Shown here piece by piece: positions 55,953 to 64,000 of a DNA stretch of 64,000 nucleotides (positions are counted from its first letter, which is position 1; every line of letters starts with the position of its first letter). The position numbers were made by a program, and so were the translations under genes. The DNA lies in assembly GCA_963734015.1 (NCBI GenBank), contig CAVTFG010000011.1:17842-81841 (forward strand), given 5' to 3'. This DNA comes from an uncultured bacterium. Lineage in GTDB: Bacteria > Actinomycetota > Thermoleophilia > Solirubrobacterales > 70-9. Under the pieces are notes generated by a model. The model did no database searches, had not been told where the DNA came from, and saw nothing but the letters and a program-made list of their open reading frames with translations.

Positions 55953-57310
55953 GCGACGAGGGAGTAGCGGTCGAAGCCGGATGCCCCCGGGATCAGGGCC
56001 CCGGCGTCGACGTCGAACCATTGCTCCAGCAGCGAGCAGTACATGGCGCGGAAGTCGGTCGAGTGGCGCAGGTTGTCGTCCTCGTCCAGGTCGCTGAGGC
56101 CGCGGAACTCCTCGACCATGCCTCCCTGGACCTTCGTGCCCATCACGAACGCCGCTCCGGCAGCTCCGTGATCGGTCCCGGTGCCGTTCTGCTCCGGCCG
56201 GCGGCCGAACTCCGAGTAGACGAGGGTCAGGACGCGGTCGGCCAGCCCGCGCGCCTCGAGGTCGGCCTGGAACGCGGCGAGCGTGTCGAAGGTCAACCCG
56301 ATGTCGTCGCCGAACGAGTCGAGCTGGTTGTCGTGGGTGTCGTAGCCGCCGGGGGCGCTCGTCGAAACGCAGCGGATCGGCAACCCGGCCTGGAGCATCG
56401 CCGCGAGCGCGGCGAGGTTGCGCGGGAACCAGTGGTCGGCGTCCGGGTACGGCACCGGTGGCGTGACATCGCCACCGAACGGCTCAAGCTGGCTGCGCAG
56501 CGTGATCGACTGCTCCGCGATCCGTCCGGCGGCCTGCCGGCCCGAGTCGGCGCCGGCGGCGCCGGTGCGGCCGACCGTCTGGACCGCGTCGAACATGAGG
56601 TCCTCGACCTCGCCCCAGACGCCCGGCGCCCAGAGGTCGTAGGTGGAGCCGTCGATCGCCGCGACGGGTCGGTTCGCGGTCGCCAGCGAGGGCGAGAGCC
56701 AGCCGTCGAGCGACAGTCCCTGGAGCGGGTTGTCGTCGGTCCCGATCTGGTCGATGAGACGGCCCATCCAGCCCGTCCGCTCGTTCGGGTCGAGCTCGCC
56801 GACCTCCCAGTAGTGACGCGACGTGAAATGCGACTGGTCGGGGTCGTCGTAGCCGACCGAGGGCAGCACGGCGAGCTTGTCCGCACGGTGCAGGTCGTCG
56901 AGCTTGGCCGCGCGCGGGTGCCAGCGCAACGCGGGGTCGTCGCGGAACGCCAGCGTCTCCTCGGTGGTGAGCCGCAATGAAGGACGCAGCTGCCGGTAGC
57001 GCGCGTCCTCGGTGGGCGCGAGGAGCGAGAGCGAGTCCGTGCCGCCGTCCATGAAGACCGTCAGGAGCACCGGCTGCTGCGTCCCCTGCGCCTTGGCGAT
57101 GCCCTCCTGGAGGTCGCGCAGGCCGAGGCGAGACGCGCCGTAGACGGAGAGCATCCCGAGCCCGGCTCGCATCATGAACGAGCGCCGGCTCAGCCCGGTT
57201 CCTGCCGGCAGCGGCATCCCCGGCTCGATCCTTGGGAGGCCCTGGCCGGCCTCGGCAGCGGCCGAGCGCAGCAGGTGCGCCCGGGAGAACTCGTTGCAGT
57301 GGCAGGCCAT
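55949..57310 (-). CDS. DUF1501-family (sulfatase-fold) Tat-exported protein
   Basis: Twin-arginine motif SRRSFMMRAG plus DUF1501-typical blocks (GGYDTHDNQ, EFGRRP, GTDHG). Confidence 0.85.
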   Translation of the reverse strand: MACHCNEFSRAHLLRSAAAEAGQGLPRIEPGMPLPAGTGLSRRSFMMRAGLGMLSVYGASRLGLRDLQEGIAKAQGTQQPVLLTVFMDGGTDSLSLLAPTEDARYRQLRPSLRLTTEETLAFRDDPALRWHPRAAKLDDLHRADKLAVLPSVGYDDPDQSHFTSRHYWEVGELDPNERTGWMGRLIDQIGTDDNPLQGLSLDGWLSPSLATANRPVAAIDGSTYDLWAPGVWGEVEDLMFDAVQTVGRTGAAGADSGRQAAGRIAEQSITLRSQLEPFGGDVTPPVPYPDADHWFPRNLAALAAMLQAGLPIRCVSTSAPGGYDTHDNQLDSFGDDIGLTFDTLAAFQADLEARGLADRVLTLVYSEFGRRPEQNGTGTDHGAAGAAFVMGTKVQGGMVEEFRGLSDLDEDDNLRHSTDFRAMYCSLLEQWFDVDAGALIPGASGFDRYSLVA

Positions 57311-57323
57311 TCCTCTCCTCCGC

Positions 57324-58667
57324 TCAGCAGGTCTGCATGTCGGGCGAGGTCGCGAGCATCAGCCGGAGCGCGTTCTGGCGAAGCGCCCGGTAGCTGATCT
57401 CCTGCCAGTCGGCCACGATCGAGCCCTCGACATCCCGGCCGAAGTTGACGAGGTCCGTGCGCGTTCCGCCGGCGATCGTGGGCCCGCCCCAATAGCGGAG
57501 GGCCCTGTCCACCGCCTGGACGGGCGTCTCGTCCGAGTCGTAGCTCTCATCCGAAGCCTCGTCTTCGCGAGTGATGTAGGAGGCTGCGATCCACCGGCCG
57601 CGATAGCTCGAGGTGTCGAGCCACCGCTCCTCGTCCCAGCCGGCCACGTTTGGCGGGCTGAACGGGCGCTGCCCCGCCAGGTCGGAGACCCACGTCCAGT
57701 TGTCCGTGTCCACCCCGCGCCCGCGCGCCCGCAGCATCCCCGCGATGAACACCATCGGCGGCTTCACCATCGCCGGGCCCTCGTAGAACAGCGGGTGTTT
57801 GAGGATTGCCGCGAGCAGCGGTCGAACCGCGTAGTGCTTGCGCTTGTAGAGGCCGATCAGCTTCGCCCGGGTGGGCCCGGGGGCGGGCGCGCCCACGAAG
57901 TAGCTCCAGAGCTTGTCGACGAAATATCCGGCGTGCGCGGGGTGCTGGAGGCAGAGCCGGCACGAGTCGCGCCAGTCCCAGCGCCCGGTCTTCCCGAACA
58001 CGGTCTTGTTCCCGCCGTCGTGGTAGCTCGGGTCGAAGCGGAAGTTCACGAGGCCGACGTCGTCGACCCAGTCCGCACGCCAGCCGGTCAGCGCGCGGGC
58101 CTGTTCGCGCACGTCGTCCTCCGAGTACGGATAGCCGGACTCGTCCGAGGCGCCCAGCGTGAAGAGCTCCATCAGCTCGCGTCCGTAGTTCTCGTTCGGC
58201 GACCAGCGGTTGTTGTCGATCCCCGAGAGCCAGACCAGCATCGCCTTGTCGTGCGTGACGTCGTACAGGAGGTTCGAGAACGGACCGAGCGCCCGCCGGC
58301 GGAAGAGCTGGGCCTGCCCGATCAAGTGCCGCTGCGAGCCGACGTCGCCGGTCGCGAACCAGTCGTGCCAGTTCAGGGCCATGCGCTCGACCAACGGCTG
58401 GTTCGAGCGGACCAACTTGTCGAGCCACCAGAGAGCGTCGTGCCCCCAGAGGTCGTACGGCGCGATCGGCAGCCCGTCGCCGTCGACCGGGGCCGGCCCG
58501 CGGAGCCTGGCCTTCGGCGGGTCGAGCAGCGAGGCGACCGCCCGGTTCAACCCCTTATGGGCAAGCCGCTTGGCCTCGCCCGGCTTGGGCCCGAAGCCCG
58601 CGCGCCAAAGGAGTCGCTCCGCCTGCCGCTCCCTGAAGGGTCCGCGATACCTCGGGATCTCCGCCAT
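57324..58667 (-). CDS. DUF1800-family protein
   Basis: LLWRAGFGP, ERMALNWHDWFAT, NENYGRELMELFTLG match DUF1800. This is the usual upstream partner of DUF1501. Confidence 0.85.
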   Translation of the reverse strand: MAEIPRYRGPFRERQAERLLWRAGFGPKPGEAKRLAHKGLNRAVASLLDPPKARLRGPAPVDGDGLPIAPYDLWGHDALWWLDKLVRSNQPLVERMALNWHDWFATGDVGSQRHLIGQAQLFRRRALGPFSNLLYDVTHDKAMLVWLSGIDNNRWSPNENYGRELMELFTLGASDESGYPYSEDDVREQARALTGWRADWVDDVGLVNFRFDPSYHDGGNKTVFGKTGRWDWRDSCRLCLQHPAHAGYFVDKLWSYFVGAPAPGPTRAKLIGLYKRKHYAVRPLLAAILKHPLFYEGPAMVKPPMVFIAGMLRARGRGVDTDNWTWVSDLAGQRPFSPPNVAGWDEERWLDTSSYRGRWIAASYITREDEASDESYDSDETPVQAVDRALRYWGGPTIAGGTRTDLVNFGRDVEGSIVADWQEISYRALRQNALRLMLATSPDMQTC

Positions 58668-58770
58668 CCCGGCTTGCTTCGGCAGGCACGCGCGGGTTCC
58701 TTAGCCGCCTGCCTGGATAGGCGTCACGACTGGACGAACGGACGACCGAGGCTGGGTCTAGCGTTGGGCC

Positions 58771-59496
58771 ATGCTCGAAGCAGCCGGTTGGGGGCTCTTG
58801 GGCGCCTCGTCGCTTCTGATTGGCGCGCTGATCGGCGCGCGCCTCAGGCTGTCGGTTTCGCTCGTCGGCCTGGTCCTCGCGTTCGGCGCCGGCACGCTGA
58901 TCAGCGCGATCACGTTCGAGCTCACCGAGGAGGCGTTCGAGCTCGGGGGCGCCGACACGGTGGCGCTCGGGCTGGGGCTGGGCGCGATCGCCTTCTACCT
59001 CGGCGATCGCGCCATCGAGCGGCGCGGCAAGCAACGGCGCGGCCGGATGGCCGTCGATTCCGGCCGGCACGGCGAGAGCGGAACGGCGCTGATGCTCGGG
59101 GCGACGCTGGACGGCGTGCCGGAGTCGGCGGTGATCGGTACGAGCCTGCTTTCGGGCACCGGCGTCGGAATCCCGGTGCTCGTGGCGGTGTTCCTCTCGA
59201 ACCTCCCGGAGGCGATTGGCGCGGAGGCCGGATCGCCGCGCCGCTCGCTGGGCCGGGTCCTCGGGCCGTGGCTTGCCGTGGTCGCCGCGAGCACGATCGC
59301 CGCGGCCCTCGGCTTCGGGCTCCTGGACGATGCCTCGGATGACGTCGTCGGCCTGCTCCAGTCGTTCGCGGCGGGCGCGGTCCTGGTGATGCTCGTCGAC
59401 GAGATGATCCCGACGGCCCTCAAGCAGGGCGGCCGCGAGGCGGGGCTCGTCGCCACGCTCGGCTTCGCGCTCGCCTACCTGCTCTCGACGCTGTAG
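58771..59496 (+). CDS. Short ZIP-family (GufA/COG0428-like) metal transporter
   Basis: 241 aa, about 8 TM segments, motifs LDGVPESAVIG and NLPEAIG. Confidence 0.8.
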   Translation: MLEAAGWGLLGASSLLIGALIGARLRLSVSLVGLVLAFGAGTLISAITFELTEEAFELGGADTVALGLGLGAIAFYLGDRAIERRGKQRRGRMAVDSGRHGESGTALMLGATLDGVPESAVIGTSLLSGTGVGIPVLVAVFLSNLPEAIGAEAGSPRRSLGRVLGPWLAVVAASTIAAALGFGLLDDASDDVVGLLQSFAAGAVLVMLVDEMIPTALKQGGREAGLVATLGFALAYLLSTL

Positions 59497-60159
59497 CCGC
59501 TGACCTCGTCCACGACCACCCGGCCGCCGACCTCGGCGCGTCCGTTCTCCACCGGCCGCGCGTAACAGGCTCGAGCCCCGGCCCTGCAGCACCTCGATCC
59601 GACGGCCGAGCCGGGCGCCGAGGGTGAGCGCAGCGGAGCCTGTCGCCTCGTCCTCCGGGATGCCCGCATCGAGCACGAACGAGCGCGCGCGGACACGTCC
59701 GGCGGCCTCGTCCTGCCACGCCCAGCAGTAGGCGAGGGTGAGCCCGTCGGGCGGTCCCACGAGGGCGTCGACCTGGCCGGGGGACGCGAGCTCCACGTAC
59801 TCGAACGGCGGCGACCACTCCGGGTCCGCCTCGACCCAGGTCAGGTCGGGCTCGTGCCGGACCGCGAGGTCTCCGGCGGCGACGCGCAGCCCGTCCACGG
59901 CTACGCCCTCCTCGCGAAGCAGCCACGCCGTGCCAACCGTTGGATGCCCGGCGAACGGCATCTCCACGTCGGGGGCGAAGATCCGGAGCTCCCCGCTCTG
60001 CGCGTCATCGACGAAAACGGTCTCGGCGAAGCCCAGGTCGCGAGCGACCTCTTGGCGCACCGCCGGCCGGACCTCGCCGCCGGCCAGGAACACGCCGAGC
60101 GGGTTTCCGTGCGAGCCGTCGGCGGCCGTGAACACCCGCAGGACATGGAGGGTCGCCAT
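59475..60159 (-). pseudogene. PhzF-family isomerase with an apparent 1-nt insertion near 59565
   Basis: [24 protein letters not shown]...FAGHPTVG... is in one frame up to ...EVLQGRGSSL. The conserved C-terminus YARPVENGRAEVGGRVVVDEVSGY...* lies in the next frame (track ORF 59475-59696). Confidence 0.75.
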
Positions 60160-60232
60160 GCGCCGATCATGACAGCGGGGGCGCGGCCGGCCGCGCCGGG
60201 GTTCCGTTCGCGACCCCGACGAAGGAGCGCGC

Positions 60233-60445
60233 ATGCCGGAACGGTTCAAGCGAGGCGACCGCGTGGAGTGGAACTTCCGCGGCCGGACGGTCACCGGGCG
60301 GGTGCGCCGCCGGCTGACTGCACGAACGGAGTTCGCCGGGCAGGTCGTCGCCGCCTCGAAGGACGACCCGCGCTACGTCGTGCGAAGCGACAAGAGCGGC
60401 AAGGAGACCACCCGCCGGCCGAAGGCACTGCGGCGGCTCGCCTAG
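60233..60445 (+). CDS. DUF2945 (HVA-Tudor-like) small protein
   Basis: 70 aa: FKRGDRVEWNFRGRTVTGRV...YVVRSDKSGKE is typical of DUF2945. Confidence 0.7.
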   Translation: MPERFKRGDRVEWNFRGRTVTGRVRRRLTARTEFAGQVVAASKDDPRYVVRSDKSGKETTRRPKALRRLA

Positions 60446-61803
60446 AGCACCGGCAGGAAGCGCTCGATCTCCCAGGGCGTGACCTGGACGCGGTACTCCT
60501 CCCACTCCTCGCGCTTGATCTCGATGAAGCGGTTGAAGGTGTGCTCGCCGAGGATGCGCAGGACCAGCTCGGACTCGGCCGCCACCTCGATCGCCTCGCC
60601 CAGGGATCCCGGCAGCTGCTCGATTCCGCGCTGACCGCGCTCCTCGGGGGTCAGGTGGTACAGGTTCTGCTCCATCGGCTCGGGCAGCTCGTAGCCCTTC
60701 TCGATCCCCTCGAGTCCCGCGTGGAGCATCCCCGCGAAGCAGAGATACGGGTTGCATGCCGGGTCGGGGCACCGCAGCTCCGCCCGGGTCGCCTGCTCCT
60801 TGCCGGGGTGGTACAGGGGCACCCGGATCAGCGCCGAGCGATTGCGGCGGGACCACGCCAGGTAGACGGGCGCCTCGTAGCCGGGGACGAGGCGCTTGTA
60901 GGAGTTGACCCACTGGGCGAACAGCGGCGAGATCTCGCGCGCGTGGCGCAGCTGGCCGGCGATGAACGCCTTGGCCGTGTCCGACAGGTAGTACTGGTCG
61001 TCGGCGTTGAAGAAGGCGTTGCGACCGTCCTTCCAGAGCGACTGATGGACGTGCATCCCGGAGCCGTTCTCGTTGAACAGCGGCTTCGGCATGAAGGTCG
61101 CGTGCCAGCCGTACTTCATCGCGTATTCCTTGACGACGATGCGGTACGTCATGCAGTCGTCGGACATCTCGAGCGCGCTCTTGTAGCGCATGTCGACCTC
61201 GTGTTGCGAGGGGCCGACCTCGTGGTGCGTGTACTCGACGTGGATGCCGAGCTGCTCGAGCGCCAGGACCGTGTCGCGGCGAACGTCCGATCCGGCGTCG
61301 AGCGTGGTCAGGTCGAAGTACCCGCCCTCGTCGAGCACCTCGGGGGTGCCGTCCTCGGGCTTGTCCGAGCGAAAGTAGAAGAACTCGAGCTCGGGGCCGA
61401 TCGAGTAGTCGTCGAAGCCCAGGTCCCGGGCGCGCTGGAGGGCACGCCGCATGATCCAGCGCGGGTCCCCCTCGTACGGCTCGCCACCGGGGACCTGCAC
61501 GTCGCAGAACATCCGCCCGACTCCGTTCTCCGCGGGCCGCCACGGCAGGATGTCGAACGTGGTCGGGTCCGGCATCGCGATCATGTCGGACTCCTCGATC
61601 GGGTTGAACCCGGTGATCGAGGAGCCGTCGAAGCCCATGCCGCCCTCGAACGCGTCGTCGAGCTCGGAGGCGTTGATCGAGAAGCTCTTGAGCTGCCCGA
61701 GGACGTCCGTGAACCAGAGACGGATGAAGCGCAGGTCGTGCTCCTCGACGATCCGCTTGACGTCCTCCGCCGACTGCGCGCGCTCTTGGTTCGAATCCGC
61801 CAT
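60442..61803 (-). CDS. glnA: Glutamine synthetase type I
   Basis: FTDVLGQLKSF, GFDGSSI, the ATP site KPLFNENGSGMHVHQS, NRSALIR and an adenylylation-loop-like NLYHLTPEE. ATG 61803 is preceded by GAGGGAG. Confidence 0.95.
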   Translation of the reverse strand: MADSNQERAQSAEDVKRIVEEHDLRFIRLWFTDVLGQLKSFSINASELDDAFEGGMGFDGSSITGFNPIEESDMIAMPDPTTFDILPWRPAENGVGRMFCDVQVPGGEPYEGDPRWIMRRALQRARDLGFDDYSIGPELEFFYFRSDKPEDGTPEVLDEGGYFDLTTLDAGSDVRRDTVLALEQLGIHVEYTHHEVGPSQHEVDMRYKSALEMSDDCMTYRIVVKEYAMKYGWHATFMPKPLFNENGSGMHVHQSLWKDGRNAFFNADDQYYLSDTAKAFIAGQLRHAREISPLFAQWVNSYKRLVPGYEAPVYLAWSRRNRSALIRVPLYHPGKEQATRAELRCPDPACNPYLCFAGMLHAGLEGIEKGYELPEPMEQNLYHLTPEERGQRGIEQLPGSLGEAIEVAAESELVLRILGEHTFNRFIEIKREEWEEYRVQVTPWEIERFLPVL

Positions 61804-61883
61804 TCCGGCTCCCTCGCTCGTCGGTTCCTGAAGCTCGCGAACCATAGCCGCGAGAGTGCCCAAACGCGGGCGGATGCGGTATA

Positions 61884-61900
61884 ACTTACTTCCGGTAAGT
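61884..61900. promoter_or_regulatory. Inverted repeat ACTTAC-N5-GTAAGT in the AT-rich glnA / CMD-family divergent region
   Basis: Read directly. The surrounding sequence carries GTTAC/GTAAC-like half-sites loosely reminiscent of actinobacterial GlnR boxes. Confidence 0.3.
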
Positions 61901-61980
61901 AACCGGCTAAATGTGAAGTAATGCCACGATAAACGGTGGCTAAAGGGCGGTCAGCCCGCGCCACCGGAGGTGCGAAGGCC

Positions 61981-62544
61981 ATGACCGTAAAGACCGACTA
62001 CAGCCGCTTCGACGTCCACGACGTTCTGACCGCGCCGGAGGGCAGCGTCAAGTTCCTCGAAGGCGTCTCACGGACCGGCGAGATCACGAAGTTCATCGGC
62101 GTCCTGGCGGGCGCCCCGGCAGCGCTGCGGGCGTATGCGCGGATGCGCCACGAGCTCCGTGGGGGCGTGCTCCCGGAGGGAACCCGGGAGCGGATCGCGC
62201 TCGCGGTTGCCGAGCGTCGCGGCGACCCCTATTCGATCGCACAGCATGCGCGCACGGCCCGGGCCGCCGGCCTCGGCCTCGACGAGGTCTCCCGCGCCCG
62301 GAGCTTCCGCTCGGGCGACGAGAAGGAGGCGGTGCTGCTCGCCTTCCTCGAGGCGGTGCTTGCAACCGACGGGCGACCTTCGGCCCATCTGGGCGAGGAA
62401 GCGCGGGAAGCGGGCTGGAGCGACGAGCAGCTGCTCGAGGCCGTCGCCCACACGGCCCTCAGCGAGTTCCAGAGCCTGATCTCGAACGCGGCCGCGCTGC
62501 CGCAAGACCAAACCGACCCCTCGATCCTCCCGCAGGCGGCCTAG
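61981..62544 (+). CDS. Carboxymuconolactone decarboxylase (AhpD-like) family protein
   Basis: Two CMD-like helical repeats (RERIALAVAERRGDPYSIAQH; EQLLEAVAHTALSEF). SD GGAGG precedes ATG 61981. Confidence 0.75.
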   Translation: MTVKTDYSRFDVHDVLTAPEGSVKFLEGVSRTGEITKFIGVLAGAPAALRAYARMRHELRGGVLPEGTRERIALAVAERRGDPYSIAQHARTARAAGLGLDEVSRARSFRSGDEKEAVLLAFLEAVLATDGRPSAHLGEEAREAGWSDEQLLEAVAHTALSEFQSLISNAAALPQDQTDPSILPQAA

Positions 62545-62623
62545 ACGACACGCTGGACCGCCTCAGGACGAGGGACGGACCCGGGACCTCCCTGAGACAA
62601 GAGCACCCGGGATTCAAGAGCAA

Positions 62624-62668
62624 GAGCCCGTCGCGACCTTCCCCCCTCGCGGCGGGCTCGCTCGTTTC
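62624..62668. terminator. Bidirectional intrinsic terminator between convergent genes
   Basis: GAGCCCGTCGCGA (62624-62636) pairs with TCGCGGCGGGCTC (62647-62659). T-rich tracts follow on both strands. Confidence 0.6.
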
Positions 62669-62686
62669 TCACTCAGGTGGTTCGGG

Positions 62687-63187
62687 CTAGCCGCAGACGG
62701 GCCAGTGCTGGCGGCCGTCGCGCTTCTTGAGCGCCACTGCGACCACGGCCTGGGTCTTCCAGTTGTAGTCGATCGGGTCGCCGCCGGGGGTCTTCGGCGA
62801 GTGACGCCAGGTCGAGCGCATGAACTGGAACGCGCCGCGATACATGCCGCCGCCGCCGATCGCGTTCGGATCGCCGCCCGACTCGCAGCGGCTCGTCCTG
62901 CGTGCCCAACGGCGGTTGCGGTCCGAGTAATCCTCCCAGATGCTCGCGTAGCGGCTCTTGCTCTTGGCGGCCTTGGAGCTGTCGCCACCACCGCCACCGC
63001 CACCGCCGGTGGCGCCGATTCCGCCGCCGCTTTCCGCGCCGGCGTCAGCGGTCGCCAGGCCGGCGAACATCGCCACGACGGCCATCACGACCGCCCAGAA
63101 CGCGAACCGGTCGGGCCGAGGGTTGGTGCGCTCGCGGCGCCTGTCAGTTTGGGTTGTCGCCCGTTCGGGCGTGAAAAGTTCTTCCAT
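62687..63187 (-). CDS. Rpf-like transglycosylase-domain protein (membrane-anchored, Gly-rich linker)
   Basis: TM anchor, poly-Gly linker, then CESGGDPNAIGGGGMYRGAFQFMRSTW (transglycosylase-like/Rpf core). Confidence 0.82.
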   Translation of the reverse strand: MEELFTPERATTQTDRRRERTNPRPDRFAFWAVVMAVVAMFAGLATADAGAESGGGIGATGGGGGGGGDSSKAAKSKSRYASIWEDYSDRNRRWARRTSRCESGGDPNAIGGGGMYRGAFQFMRSTWRHSPKTPGGDPIDYNWKTQAVVAVALKKRDGRQHWPVCG

Positions 63188-63194
63188 GGTTTCT

Positions 63195-63335
63195 GATCGC
63201 TTGCGGGGTTAGCTGTCGGGCTCGCGCCTGAAACTGGCGCTACGTGGCAGAGGCCATGCGATTCGCCCCGGGACCTCGGTCCGTTGGGTCCCCCGCTCCC
63301 CGCGATATGTAGGCGGGGATTCAGCGGAAGTCGGC
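63195..63335 (-). promoter_or_regulatory. c-di-AMP riboswitch (ydaO/yuaA class) in the rpf-like 5' leader
   Basis: The minus strand reads ...GCUGAAUCC...AGCGGGGGACCCA...GGGGCGAAUC...GCCCGACAGCUAACCCCGCAAGCG. This reproduces the conserved ydaO blocks, including the terminal CAGCUAACC.CG.AAGCG. Confidence 0.88.
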
Positions 63336-63370
63336 GGCAGATTAGCAGAAGATCAGACGATGGTTTGCAC

Positions 63371-63399
63371 TTTATGAGCAAACGCTAGGAACGAAACAA
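63371..63399 (-). promoter_or_regulatory. Candidate promoter for the riboswitch-rpf transcript
   Basis: On the minus strand: TTGTTT, 17 nt, CATAAA, within an AT-rich island preceded by an A7 tract. Confidence 0.35.
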
Positions 63400-63477
63400 T
63401 CGCTACTAGCATGTTTTTTTGCGCTAGAGCCCTCGGTTCCTCCCTCCGAACATGGAGAGGGCCCCGTTGCCGGGGCC

Positions 63478-63818
<341 letters not shown>

Positions 63819-63828
63819 ACGCCGCGGA

Positions 63829-64000
63829 TCAAGCCTCCTCGCCCGGCTGCACGTTCAGCGCCAGGATCCATTCGGCGAGGAACGGCTCGACGATCCGGTA
63901 CGAGCGATCGGGCTGCTGGCCGACGAGCTCGCGCTCGGTCAGCGCCCGGAGCGCCGACTGGAGCGTGGCGACCGAGGGCAGCTCGTAGCGGGCGCGGTAG
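63829..64000 (-). CDS. 3' end of a protein gene (partial; ATPase with C-terminal winged-helix, tentative)
   Basis: An open minus-strand frame ...YRARYELPSVATLQSALRALTERELVGQQPDRSYRIVEPFLAEWILALNVQPGEEA* ends at TGA 63829-63831. The 5' end lies outside the window. Confidence 0.45.
   Translation of the reverse strand, partial: YRARYELPSVATLQSALRALTERELVGQQPDRSYRIVEPFLAEWILALNVQPGEEA

Noticed and set aside
57174-59342. 722-aa plus-strand ORF, and similar giants at 59854-61884 (+), 42565-44307 (+), 48766-50514 (-), 38002-39660 (-) and 27589-29274 (+)
   Set aside because: All are antisense to genes with strong homology (DUF1800, glnA, radical SAM, aminotransferase, PP2C, ACAD). Their translations are repetitive Arg/Gly/Pro-rich strings.

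Overview
Very GC-rich, densely packed chromosomal segment that looks actinobacterial (Thermoleophilia/Rubrobacteria-like gene content; taxonomy is a guess). About 65 protein genes are supported, many joined by overlapping stop/start codons (ATGA, GTGA, TGATG). No transposase, prophage, CRISPR array, tRNA or rRNA was seen. Content: F420 biosynthesis (cofE, fbiC) and an F420-type LLM oxidoreductase; a dispersed ethylmalonyl-CoA-pathway gene set (ccr, frameshifted ecm/meaA, MaoC hydratase, acyl-CoA dehydrogenase, Chloroflexus-type malyl-CoA lyase); GTP-PEPCK beside a divergent succinyl-CoA-synthetase-like pair coupled to a FixX-like ferredoxin; a multicopper oxidase-ZIP-DtxR operon; two MarR modules, one of them MhqR/MhqED-like; glnA; an Rpf-like transglycosylase behind a clear c-di-AMP (ydaO) riboswitch; and RNase P RNA. 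The most unusual items are these. (1) A conserved ~50-60 nt element occurs three times; two copies are 19-codon ORFs (MGERRKAR..C.PGK...) that abut or overlap the start of the downstream gene (ccr, an MFS pump). (2) A 345-aa LAGLIDADG intein sits inside the CxxxCxxC iron-sulfur motif of an Rv2578c-type radical SAM protein. (3) Three, possibly four, conserved genes carry single-nucleotide frameshifts, so either this is a decaying lineage or the assembly has indel errors. (4) An AlkZ/YcaQ-like DNA-glycosylase-fold gene is embedded in a five-gene acyl-CoA operon with overlapping or near-abutting stop/start codons. Start codons are inferred from homology, SD sequences and overlaps and are less certain than stops. 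Many long ORFs in the track are stop-free antisense frames and were discarded.
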